Position numbers and translations under genes: made by a program | Notes under the pieces: model-generated | Told to the model about the DNA's origin: nothing | Seen by the model: only the letters and a program-made list of their open reading frames with translations | Databases searched by the model: none | Part shown: positions 52,535 through 64,000 of the stretch, one piece after another | How positions within the stretch are numbered: the stretch's first letter is position 1 | Layout of the letters: the number at the start of each line of letters is the position of its first letter | Origin: Mobula hypostoma | Lineage: Eukaryota | Assembly: GCF_963921235.1 (NCBI RefSeq) | Contig: NC_086097.1 | Location: forward strand, 233,804,001-233,868,000 | Reading direction: 5' to 3' | Length of the DNA stretch: 64,000 nucleotides

Positions 52535-52746
52535 TGCTTCCTGCATTACAACAGCAACTAGTCTTCAAAACTACTGCTGAAGTGTCTCGGCCCGAAACGT
52601 TGACTGTTTACTCTTTTCCATACATATTGCCTGGCCTGCTGAGATCCTCCAGCATTTTGTGTGGGTTGCTTCAAAACCACTGTTCATGTGCTAATTAGCA
52701 CTTTAAATCATCCAAGAGACGTGAAAGACATTGTAGAAATGCAAGA
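52535..52746 (+). mobile_element. Ancient DeuSINE/L2-type 3' tail split by a short pLTR insert (52577-52668)
   Basis: CCTGCATTACAACAG..CTTCAAAA..GTGAAAGAC..AAATGCAAG; TSD CTTCAAAACYACTG at 52563-52576 and 52669-52682. Confidence 0.55.
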
Positions 52747-53539
52747 CAATGATCATGAACTAATTTACACAATGAGAAGATAGGCTTTCATTTAAATATT
52801 ATCACTTTTACAACCCCAGTTGTTGAATGTTCAGGATTTTACTAATCTACATTACTATTACAAAACTTGAACTGGGACTGCACTGTCACAAAGGTGTATT
52901 TTATGGAAGTCATTAACATAATACATAAATTGGTGTCAGCAGTATAGCTATTGCATTAGAAGAATTGTGTCTTCCTCTTCAAGGTGCTGTCTTTAGATTC
53001 TAATTAACATTATTTTTGTTATATAATTCACAGTTCAGGTCCAACAGTCTTTGACTTCTTTTAATCTATTATGCAATCAGTATACTTGTCTGAAAATATA
53101 CTGGTTATTCTAATGCTAATTATGCTTTGAATAAAGTTCATTTTTTCTCATGGTTCTTAAACTTATATTTTCATTTCATATTTACAATATAATTTATTTT
53201 AAAGTTATATTTTATGTTCACCTTATTTGTAGTCTTTAATATTTTCCATACTTCTAAAAGGTCTCCTTTTGTAATATCCTCTGAAATTGATAATGCTATG
53301 GCTATTGATAAAGAAGATCCACTTCTTAACTTACATTCTTAATTTGCTCCTGGAAATTAGATATTAAAAGATTAAGATGAATGGCCTCCCAGTTGAGAAA
53401 CGATAGGCAGTTGGTAGAACATAAATGCTGTTAGTTGGGTGGGTGAAATTTTGTCCAATATGCAAAGTATCTGGAATTAAGGTGATAAATTTGCAACACA
53501 CATCAGTGCATAGAACTATGATGCTGTTGCCATTACAGA

Positions 53540-55920
53540 CTTGGTTGTCACAAGGGAAGAAATGGCCATTGGATGTTCTAGGGTTTAAATGTTTCAAAAG
53601 GGACTTGGACAGGGAGTTCAAAGAGGTGGGGAATTGGTATTGCTAACCAAGGATATTATCACAGCTGCAGAAGGGAGGAAATCATGGCAGGATCGTCTAC
53701 TGATGTGATGTGGGTGGAAGGGAGCAATCATTCCATTTGAAGTATGCTATAGACCCCCCCTTCTCCCGCCTCCCCCATTATCAACAGAAAGACGGAGGGG
53801 CAGATCAGGAGGCAGATTTTGAAAAGGTGCAAAATGGATGACTTCAGTTTTTCTAACATGGATTGGCACCTTGTGGATGCTGCCAGGATTGCGGAACATG
53901 TCTGATGAGAAAAAAAATTGAGCAAGCTATCAGTTCTCCTTGGGGCAAGGGAGAAGGAAAGCGAATCGATAGAAGTGTATAAGCTTATAAGAGAAGTAGA
54001 TGGAGTGGACCGCCAACACCTTTTTCTCAAGGTAGAAATGACTAATTCCAGAGGATATCCCTTTTGAGTTGAGTGGAGGAAGCTTCAGGAGAGATGTCCT
54101 AGGTAGGTATTTTACACAGAGAGTGGTCAGTCTCTGGAACGTATTGCTGGGGGTCGGTGATAGACGTTGATACATTTGGAAAATTTGAGAAATTCTTTGA
54201 TAGACACAAAGAAGAAAGAAACATTTGGGGGTGGGGATTGTTGTGAGCTTTGTAGGAAAGAAGGGTTAGGTTGATCATGTAGTACGTTAAAAGGTTGGCA
54301 AAACACTGTGGGCCGAAGGGCCTATTCAGTGCTGTACTGTTTCATGTTCTATGTTCAACCTGTATCTGAAATTCTATTGTGTTGTATTTACTAACTTCTA
54401 GAGACTTCTTAACTAAAAGTAGAGTCCTACAGTCATAGAAAAGTACAGCTCAGAAAACAGCCCTTGAGCCCAACTAGCCCATACCGAACCATTCAAATTG
54501 CCTACTCACATTGACCTGCATGGGACAATAGCTCTCCATTCCCCTGCCATCCAAACTTCTCTTAAAGGTTGAACTCAGCTTGCATGCATTACTTGTGCTG
54601 GCACCTCATTCCACACTCACACTACCCTCTGAGTGAAGAAATTTCCCCTCATGTTCTCTCATTAATTCTATGTCTTTGCATATGACCTAGTTTAAAATTT
54701 TATTCCAGATGGATTGTATTACATATTTCCCTAAGAAACAATCTCTGATACTCTTCATCAATTCATCTTTCATAGAGTTAGGCCATTTCAGGGGTTAGAA
54801 CATATAGCATAGAACTTTAGTGACTAACTTCAGCCACCAAACTTCAAATCTGAATATGGACTGCAGATTAAATATAAAATGCAGCTCCGGACAACCAACA
54901 GCAGTTGATTGAAGGACCAGACAACGTTGACAATGTTGATTCACATTGTCTGAAGAGTGGGTGTGAAAGGGGAGGGGTATGAGAGCTATGTGTGGTTCAA
55001 AAAGAGCATTGTCAATACTTTGTAAATATAGAATTTTCCTTTGATCTTTAGCATATAAAATGTCAGCAGTCTTGGGTCAAGCAGGCCTCTTCTTCCAAAA
55101 GGCTCTCAGTATGATAACTGCTGAGTCTTATTTTGCTGAATAGAAGACTACTTCATATCTACCAGCTACGTCTCTCCAGTGACTTATTTCACCCGGCAAC
55201 ACATGGCACTCTTGCTGTTTTGATTAATCTAGTCAATATATAGATTAAAATCACCTGTGATAATTGTAGATCCCATTTTACTTGTACTTCCCATTTCTCA
55301 CTTCTTCATAACAAGGCAGGACTCTAGGGGGCTTATAGACTAGTCCCACTATGATATTTTTCCACTGTTTTTTATTGGTCTAACCAGCCCAATTTCTGTC
55401 ACTATCCATTGCATCTATCTCACCATAGAGTCATATAGTCAGCCCATCTAGTCCATGCCAAGCCATTTAAGCTGCATACTCCCATTGACCTGAACCAGGA
55501 CCATAGTCCTCCATACCCCTACCAACCATTACCTATCCAAGCTATACTTAAACGTTGAAGTCGAGCTTGCATTCACCACTTGTGCTGGCAAATTATCCCA
55601 CACTCTCACGACCCTTTGAGTGAAGAAGTTTCCTCTCAAGTTTCCCTTAAACTTTTCATCTTTTTCATCTTCATTTTAACCCATGACCTCCAGTTGTAGG
55701 TTACACACAGCCTCTTTGATACCTCCCTTATTTTTCAAAAGAATCAAATCCCCTTTCTTCAGATCTTTTAGAACATTGAGTAACATTGAGTTCCCGGTCA
55801 TGGTCACCCTGTAACCATGTCTTTGTAGGAGCCATTAGATCCAGCTCATCTATTTCTGTTTGTGTCGCAGTTCATCTACATGCTACAAATGCTGCTCTCA
55901 TACAGATAAGGAGCCTTAAG
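53540..55920. mobile_element. Cluster of short decayed CR1 fragments (3' ends at ~53900-54350 +, ~54420-54660 -, ~55425-55710 -)
   Basis: Recognisable CR1 3' coding and UTR motifs (FFTQRVVSLWN) interspersed with unique DNA. Confidence 0.6.
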
Positions 55921-56202
55921 CTGTGACTTCTTATGATTTTTACTTACTTCAGATACAATTACTGCTGCGTACGTCTGCTTATATTTTCTGCCCCTGAAGG
56001 TCACACTTTGATTTTCATTCACCTCATCACTATCCTGCATCACTCTTCTGCCATTTGTTTCTGATTTCTTAAACTTCCCTTCATTTGAACTCCTCCTCCC
56101 TTCACCTAATTAGTTTAAAGCAAGGGCAACAATGTTAGTATATAATTCTCCAGACCTCAAAATCCTTAATTATTCTTTCTTCTAGCTGTTTTGCAAGATT
56201 TT

Positions 56203-58385
56203 AAACACAAGAGATTCTTCAAATTCTAGAATTCCAGAGCAACACTCAGGAAGCTGAATAGTCTGAAGGTAGATAAATCTCCCGGACCAGATAGAATGCA
56301 CCCGTGTGTTCTGAAGGAAGTAGCTGTGGAGATTGCGGAGGCATTAGCGAAGATCTTTCAAAAGTCAATAGATTCTGGCATGGTTCTGGAGGACTGGAAG
56401 ATTGCAAATGTCACTCCGCTATTTAAGAAGGGGGCAAGGAAGCAAAAAGGAAATTATAGATCTGTTAGCTTGACATCGGTTGTTGGGAAGTTGTTGGAGT
56501 CGATTGTCAAGGATGAGGTTACGGAGTACTTGGAGGCATATGACAAGATAGGCAGAACTCAGCATGGTTTCCTTGAAGGAAAATCCTGCCTAACAAACCT
56601 ATTACAATTTTTTGAGGAAATTACAAGTAGACTAGACAAGGGAGATGCAGTGGATGTTGTATATTTGGATTTTCAGAAGGCTTTTGACAAGGTGCCACAC
56701 ATGAGGCTACTTAACAAGATAAGAGCCCATGGAATTACGGGACAATTACATACGTGGATAGGGTGTTGGCTGATTGGCAGGAAATAGAGGGTGGGAATAA
56801 AGGGATCCTATTCTGTTTGGCTGCTGGTTACCAGTGGTGTTCCACAGGGGTCTGTGTTGGGGCCGCTTCTTTTTACATTGTACATCAATGATTTGGATTA
56901 TGGAATAGATGGCTTTGTGGCTAAGTTTGCTGATGATACGAGGATAGGTGGAGGGGCCGGTAGTGCTGAGGAAACGGAGAGTCTGCAGAGAGACTTGGAT
57001 AGATTGGAAGAATGGACAAAGAAGTGGCAAATGAAATACAATGTTGGAAAGTGTATGGTTATACACTTTGGCAGAAGAAATAAACGGGCAGACTATTATT
57101 TAAATGGGGAAAGAATTCAAATTTCTGAGATGCAACGGGACCTGGGAGTCCTCGTGCAGGATACCCTTAAGGTTAACCTCCAGGTTGAGTGGTGAAGAAG
57201 GCAAATGCAATGTTGGCATTCATTTCTAGAGGAATAGATTATAGGAGCAGGGATGTGATGTTGAGGCTCTATAAGGCGCTGGTGAGACCTCACTTGGAGT
57301 ACTGTGGGCAGTTTTGAGCTCCTTATTTAAGAAAGGATGTGCTGACGTTGGAGAGGGTACAGAGAAGATTCACTAGAATGATTCCGGGAATGAGAGGGTT
57401 AACATATGAGGAAAGTTTGTCCGCTCTTGGACTGTATTCCTTGGAGTTTAGAAGAATGAGGGGGCACCTCATAGAAACATTTCGAATGTTGAAAGGCATG
57501 GACAGAGTGGATGTGACAAAATTGTTTCCCATGATGGGGGAGTCTAGTATGAGTGGGCATGACTTAAGGATTGAAGGGTGCCCATTCAGAACAGAGATGC
57601 GAAGAAATTTTTTTAGCCAGAGGGTGGTGAATCTATGGAATTTGTTGCCAGGGGCAGCAGTGGAGGCCAAGTCATTGGGTGTATTTAAGGCAGAGATTGA
57701 TAGGTATCTGAGTAGCCAGGTCATCAAAGGTTATGGTGAGAAGGCGGGGGAGTGGGACTAAATGGGAGAATGGATCAGCTCATGATAAAATGGCAGAGCA
57801 GACTTGATGGGCCGAATGACCAATTTCTGCTCCTTTGTCTTATGGTATTATGGTCTAAACACAAAGTGCTGGAGAGACACAATAGGTCAGGCAGCATCTA
57901 TGGAAGAGAATAAACAGTCTACGTTTCAGGCCGAGGCCCCTTCATCATGACCGGAAAGGAAGGGGGAAGAAGCCTGCTTAAGAAGACAGAGGGAGAGGAA
58001 GGAGTACAAGCTGGCAGATGATAGGTGAAGCCAGGTGAAGGAGAGGGTGGGTGGGTGGAGGGAATAAAGTGAGAAGCTGGGAGGTGATTCGTGGAAGAGT
58101 GAGTAGAAGGAGGAATTTGATGTAAAAGGAGAGTGGACCATGGGAGAAGGAGAAGGAGGAAGGGGAAACCAAGAAATTATCACTTCATCCTCCCTCCCCC
58201 ACCCACTCAACTTCCCCCTCACCTGGCTTCACCTATCATCTGCCAGCTTGTACTCCTTCCCCACTCCCACACCTTCTTATTCTGGTTTCTTCCCCCTTCC
58301 ATTCCAGTCCTAATGGAAGGTCCTTGTTTACTCCACTGCATAGATTATTCCTAGCCTGCTAATTTCCTCCAGCATTTTGTGTGCT
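56203..58385. mobile_element. Penelope pLTR inverted-repeat element, interrupted by a CR1
   Basis: pLTR begins AAACACAAGAGATTCT at 56203 and resumes at ~57857; arms ~57858-58075 and ~58190-58385 are inverted; decayed hammerhead at 57915-57953. Confidence 0.75.
56246..57856 (+). mobile_element. 5'-truncated CR1 LINE (RT to tail)
   Basis: YLDFQKAFDKVPH, SGVPQGSVLGP, KFADDT and RRNFFSQRVVNLWN; a few stops and a frameshift; TATGGT tail. Confidence 0.95.
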
Positions 58386-58590
58386 GCAAAATTTTAAATG
58401 CTGATTTGAAGTTTTTGGATTTGTTTAGAAATACTGTAATCCCCTATGCATAGTTTGATGTGAAATATAATTTGAAATAGTCCCTTAGCAAATTGAAGTA
58501 GCTTAGAGTTACATTTCTGAGCACTAAAACTTCTATCAGCCAGTTGATTTCAGTGGTTAATTATTCTAAAGTGCAAATAGGAATGACTAA

Positions 58591-58699
58591 ACACAAGATA
58601 ATCTGCAGGTGCTGTGATCAAAGCAACACTTTCAGTATGCTGGATGAACTCAGCAGGTCGGGCATCGTCAGTTAGAAACGATGAGTCGACGTTTTGGTT
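58591..58699 (-). mobile_element. Short pLTR insert ending inside the hammerhead motif
   Basis: Perfect 15-bp TSD AATAGGAATGACTAA (58576-58590, 58700-58714). Confidence 0.85.
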
Positions 58700-59509
58700 A
58701 ATAGGAATGACTAATTTATGTACTTAGTATTAGAAGCAGGAGTAGAAATCACTTTTGTCACATTGTTTCAAGACAAACGCTGACTAAAGTTAGAAGGAGT
58801 TAATAATTCTATATTGTTCCTTTCACAAGATTTACAAGAATGCTGATACTTATTTGACACAGTTGGCTTATTATTATAAGCTTTGAGTCATGTGTTTGAA
58901 TCTTTAAATGTGTTCACATTTGTGATAGTTTCAGCAAGACACTAACCTTATCTCCATCAAATGTGGTGCTAGCATCCATAGAGCATAATAATATTTGATC
59001 TCCAAACAAATTGGGAATATGTTACTAATGGCACTGTGGGAATGGCACATCCCAAAAAGCCACAGAAATTCCAACAGGAGGTAGATTTCACGGCAGAGGA
59101 ACAGTCAAGATCAAACGTTTTCTCAACCTTGGAGGCAGGAAAGTAGAGCACTTGGTAGAGAATTGAAAACAATTCAGTGCCATGAACAGAGAATGGGTTG
59201 AACCATGAAATGAGAAGATAAACCAAAGGTGTGCTCCACAACAGGAGGGACTATTATCAGCACAGGGTTACAGCACAACTTGGTTGTAGCAGAGTTGGAA
59301 TTATTGCAGATCTAATGGGAAGTCAGGTGATGTCACATATATAGTTGGATTTTCTTTCAAATCAAGGATCATAATGCTAAATACCAACTGATTATATATT
59401 TAATACATAAGTACTCCAGAATTTTTATAGAACACTTCTTCTGCAAGTGACTGTAATACAGAGTCACTTCAACAATTAAGTATAAATGGATATCACATGA
59501 AAATTTCCA

Positions 59510-59835
59510 GGCAGTGCTGTCGCTCCAGGCTCCGTGTCTGAAGACTCTGTGACATCTCCTTGGCTCTGCACTGAACTGAAATTGTGGCCTGCTCTGCCTG
59601 CTCTGGGCTTTGTGTCTACGGACTCATTTTTGTTCTAAATGCCATTTGCTTACTTTTATTGTTTGCATGACCTCTTTATTTTACTGTGTCTGCACATTGC
59701 GTGTTTGACAGTATTCTTTTTTTAAAAATTCGTTCTTTTGGGCTTCTTTGTTTTCTGGCTGTCTGTGAGGAGACAAATCTCAAGGTTGTATTTTATATAT
59801 ATATTTAATAATAAATGTACTTTGAACTTTGAACA
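59510..59835 (+). mobile_element. Non-coding retroposon 3' end with (TTTGAAC)n tail
   Basis: AATCTCAAGGTTGTA..ATAAATGTACTTTGAACTTTGAAC, the tail type seen on Rex-like copies elsewhere in the window. Confidence 0.55.
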
Positions 59836-60844
59836 TGGTAAAGTATCCAAAGACTTGGCACTGGAACAATTATCAAATTAAAACTGACATTGATCCACAT
59901 TAGTGGAAAGGATCAGAAATATCATCAGGGTGATATATTTTAAACAGCACCTCAAAGAAGGAAGCACAAATTTAATGAGGGATATTCATGTGGGAATAAT
60001 TAATTAGAAAAGGGAAAAAATGATATTGTGTAACAGATTCCTCCTAAACTGTAGGATCCAAAGATGAGCAAATACAAATATATGAAAGCAAGCTCAAGAG
60101 TTTAGAAACATAGAAAACCTACAGCACAATACAGGCCCTTCGGCCCACAAAGTTGTGCCGAACATGTCCCTATCTTAGAAATTACTATGCTTACCCATAA
60201 CCCTCTATTTTTCTAAGCTCCATGTATCTATCCAAAAGTCTCTTAAAAGTTTATGAGATCAAAATGATCACAAGTGTTTGGTTTTCAAGAGACAGGAAGC
60301 GCTGTACTGGAAACATGCTGACTTCGCTAATCCTTATGCACTTCACCGCAAGGTCTCTTCACAGCCCTTCAGCACCCTTCATTCTCCCATGCACTGCCGC
60401 TTTATGCTTACACTCGACCCCTACATGGACACAGTCACTCTCCTACTGTGTTTTCATATGCCCTACTAGAGAACCTACCTAGGAGAGATCCTCTTGTCAA
60501 GAGCCACTTTGTCACTTTGTCATTTCCTGTCAGAGTCACCTTATTTACAGATATTCCTGCACATAGCATCACTTTATGTGCATACAATTAATCTATGTAC
60601 ATGAGCTAATTTTAAGTATATATGGCCGTACTCAGACAGTTACTTGTACGTTATGTTTTATAAGATTGATTTCATATTTATATTTATTATGTTTTTATGC
60701 TGATTGTTTTTATTTTGCTGCATCAGATCTGGAGTAACAATCATTTTGTTCTCCTTTACACTCCTGTACTGAAGAATGACAATCTTATTCTTGAATCTTG
60801 GCAGTGGAAGAACAAAAATAAAACCAAGTGGATAGTGAACAGTA

Positions 60845-61206
60845 TGCTGTTCTGTGCAAAAGTCTTAAGCACTTGTAAAAAAAATTCTGTAAAGCAAAGA
60901 TGCTTTCATAAAATAATGAAATGAGAAGTTTCTGAACATTAAAAAAGCTAAAGCCAATCAATATTTGGTGTGATCACTCTTTGCCTTTAAAACTGCATCA
61001 ATTCTTTTAGGTACACTGTCACGCATTTTTAGAAGAAAATTGGTTGGTGGGTTGTTCAAAGCATCTTGGAGGACTTGTCACAGTTCTTCTGCAGATGATG
61101 ATTGTCTCACTTGTTTCTGTTGCCCCAGGCAGCCTCAATGATGTTGAGATCAGGGCTCTATGGAGGCCACCCCATCTTATAAAAGGTCTGGGAGCACAGC
61201 ACTGTC
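60845..61206 (-). mobile_element. Decayed short Tc1 relic
   Basis: Ends CTGTGCAAAAGTC / GCACAGCACTG; WPP*SPDLNII on minus (~61138-61170). Confidence 0.6.
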
Positions 61207-61635
61207 CACTGAACTATCCATTGAGCAATTGCAAAGGAAATAGGGAGCTAAAGAAATGGGAGTGAAACTTACTAATAAATGCCCATAAATTTCCATGTTT
61301 AATCAAACAGATAACCCATATAAAGACCCATATAAAGCAGTAAAATAGCAATTGATGTTAAAGTAAGAGTGTATGGATTATTAGCATATTAATCCAACCA
61401 CTACCCCTACATCCTGACAAATAAGGAACATTTTCTCCCTTATTGTCCAGAGAATTTGTTAATTTGCTCCACAGTTCTCTCATGCTCAAACTCCAAGGTA
61501 TTTCTATTTAGATTATAATAGGATTCTATATAAACTCTGCAATATGTAACAAATTACAGTGATTTATTATTCCTCAATAATGATCCATGCCTAATTTGAG
61601 CCCAGGGCAAAAGTCAAAACAGTTACACTATAGAG

Positions 61636-61820
61636 TAACACACACAAAGTGCTGGAGGAACTCAGCAGGTTCCGTAGCACCTATGGAAATGAACAAACAG
61701 TCACCATTTCAGACTGAGAGCCTTCTTCAAGACTGGAAAGGAAGGGGGAAAAAACCAGAATAAAAAGGTGGATGGATAGCTAGATGAAGCCAGATGGGCG
61801 GGACTGGTTAAGGGCTGAAG
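61636..61820 (-). mobile_element. Penelope pLTR fragment with decayed hammerhead (61698-61735)
   Basis: ACACACAAAGTGCTGGAGGAACTCAGCAGG repeat; minus CAGUC-UUGAAGA..GAAA-UGGU-GACUG. Confidence 0.7.
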
Positions 61821-62304
61821 GAAAGATCACTTCTCCTCAAGTACTAGAGAGGATTTGAAGTGATTAGGAAAACATTTTAACCAACTGAGTTAAACTGCTG
61901 AATTAGTAAGAATAATTGCCACCAATATTTTTTTGTGATGGTGAAATATTTTATTCACAGAAAGGTGCTAATATTAGCTTTAAGTTTTGTTTTAGAAAAA
62001 GTCAGAGGAACAGAAACTAAACCAATGCTGTAGTGTTTAATTTGTGATAAGTTTAATGATCTAAAAGCATTGAATACTATTTTAGTAGAAAATAATACTG
62101 ATCAATGCTAAATTTGGGTGAAGGTAACAGTCCCAAGTTGTGAAAATAACTTAGCTGTCAATTATGAATCCACAGACAATGAGAATTCCTGACATCGAAG
62201 CAGCATTTCTGGAGGACATTTAGGTCACCGATTAAGCTGCTCTCACATAAGTATTCTGGATTTATTATTCTGCTGTGTGGAAACATCTATGATAAGAATG
62301 AAAA

Positions 62305-62760
62305 AGGGGAAAAGATTGGTTACAGGAGACGCAAGACTGGCATTTCAATATTCCGGGGTTCTGTTGTTTTAGATGTGATACAGCGGGAGAGAAACTGTCA
62401 CAGCAGTGTTCGGTCCGGACAGACTGGAGAACTCGTCTATTGAGGCTCTTTGGGTGCAACTGAGGAATAAGAAAAGTATGACCACGTTAATGGGGCTATA
62501 TTATAGACCCCAACAGTCCAAGGGAATTAGAAGAACAAATTTACACAGAGACCACAGACTGTTGCAAGAAACATAAGGTTGTTATAGTAGGTAATTTTAA
62601 CATTCCACATATTGACTGGGACTCACATACTGTAAAAGGACTAGATGGGATAGAGTTTGTCAAATTTGTTCAAGGAAGTTTCCTTAGTCAGTACATAGAG
62701 ATCCCAGTGAGACAGGGCAGGTCACAGAAATTTGTATAGGGGAACACTTTGCTCCTAGGA
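62305..62760 (+). mobile_element. CR1 endonuclease fragment
   Basis: WHFNIPGFCCFRCD, GLYYRP and VGNFNIPHIDW. Confidence 0.85.
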
Positions 62761-62794
62761 CAATTTTTATGGTATCAGAAAGGTTCTGACAAGA

Positions 62795-64000
62795 GAATTA
62801 AAATCACGTTTATTATCACCAGCATGTTTCATGAAATTTGTTAACGTGGCAGCAGCAGTTCAATACAATACCTAATACACAAGAAAAAAATAAGTAAAAT
62901 AATAATAATAGTAATAATAAGTAAGTAAACTAATTATAGTAAATGTATATTGAATAGTTTAAATATTGTGCAAAAACAGAAATAATACATATTAAAAAGT
63001 GAGGTAGTGTTCAAGGGTTCAATATCCATTTAGGAATCGGATGGCAGAGGGGAAGAAGCTGTTCCTGAGTCACTGAGTGTGTTCCTTCAGGCTTCTGTAC
63101 CTCCTACCTGATGGTAACAGTGAGGAAAGGGCATGCCCTGGGTGCTGGAGGTCCTTAATAATAGATGCTGCCTTTCTGAGACATCACTCCTTGAAGAAGT
63201 CCTGGGTACTTTGTAGGCTAGTACCCAAGATGGAGCCGACTAAATTTACAACCTTCTGCAGCTTCTTTCGGTCCTTTGTAGTGGCCCCTCCTCCCCCATA
63301 CCGGACAGTGATGCAGCCTATCACAATGCTCTCCATGGTACATCTATAGAAGTTTTTGAGTGTATTTGTTGTCATTCCAAATCTCTTGAAACTCCTAATG
63401 AAGTACTGTATAATCGCTGTCTTGCCTTCTTTATAACTGCATCGATATGTTGGGACCAGGTTAGATCCTCAGAGATCTTGACACCCAGGAACTTGAAACT
63501 GCTCACTCTCTCCACTTCTCATCCCTTTATGTGGATTGGTATGTGTTCCTTCATCTTACCCTTCTGGAAGTCCACAATCAGCTCTTTGGTCTTACTGACG
63601 TTGAGTGCCAGTTTGTTGTTGTGACACTACTTCACTAGTTGGCATATCTCATTCCTGTACATCCTCTTGTCACCATCTGAGAGTCTACCAACAATGGTTG
63701 AATCATTAGCAAATTTAAAGATGGTATTTGAGCCATGCCTAGCCACACAGTCATGGGCATGTAGAGAGTAGAGCAGTGGGCTAAGCCCACACCCCTGAGG
63801 TGCACCTGTGTTGGTCGTCAGCAAGGAACAGATGTTATCACCAATTCACCCAGATTGTGGTCTTCCGGTTAAAAAGTTGACGATCCAATTGCAGAGGAAG
63901 GTACAGAGGCCCAGGTTCTGCAACTTCTCATCAGGATTGTGGGAATGATGGTATTAAATGCTGAGCTATAGTTGATGAACAGCATCCTGACCTAGGTGTT
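62795..64000 (-). mobile_element. Rex1/Babar-like LINE running off the window end
   Basis: TGAPQGCGLSP and KFANDS motifs; collinear with and closely similar to 43667-45063. Confidence 0.92.

Noticed and set aside
58969..59241. Possible terminal coding exon
   Set aside because: No convincing splice acceptor or recognisable protein in any frame.
1..64000. CRISPR array, prokaryotic operon, rRNA or endogenous viral ORFs
   Set aside because: No regularly spaced repeats and no long non-transposon ORFs; all long ORFs are LINE- or transposon-derived.

Overview
Repeat-dominated vertebrate genomic DNA, very probably from a cartilaginous fish (shark or ray). The evidence is an HE1-like V-SINE, CR1/HER1-type LINEs and elasmobranch-style Penelope-like repeats; this is recognition from memory, not a database result. 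I could not identify any host protein-coding gene, and the window reads as a long intron or intergenic DNA. It contains a full-length, TSD-flanked L1 (35616-41440) with an intact ORF1 and an ORF2 carrying three lesions, many CR1 and Rex1/Babar-like LINE fragments, three solo-LTR-like inserts with 5-bp TSDs, a Tigger/pogo relic, a palindromic Tc1 derivative made of two transposase 3' halves, and tRNA- and RTE-derived SINEs. The most interesting signals are RNA structures: one intact and several variant minimal hammerhead ribozymes in Penelope-like repeats, and a candidate HDV-like ribozyme with an enlarged L3 at the 5' end of an RTE-type non-autonomous element. Boundaries not fixed by a TSD are approximate.
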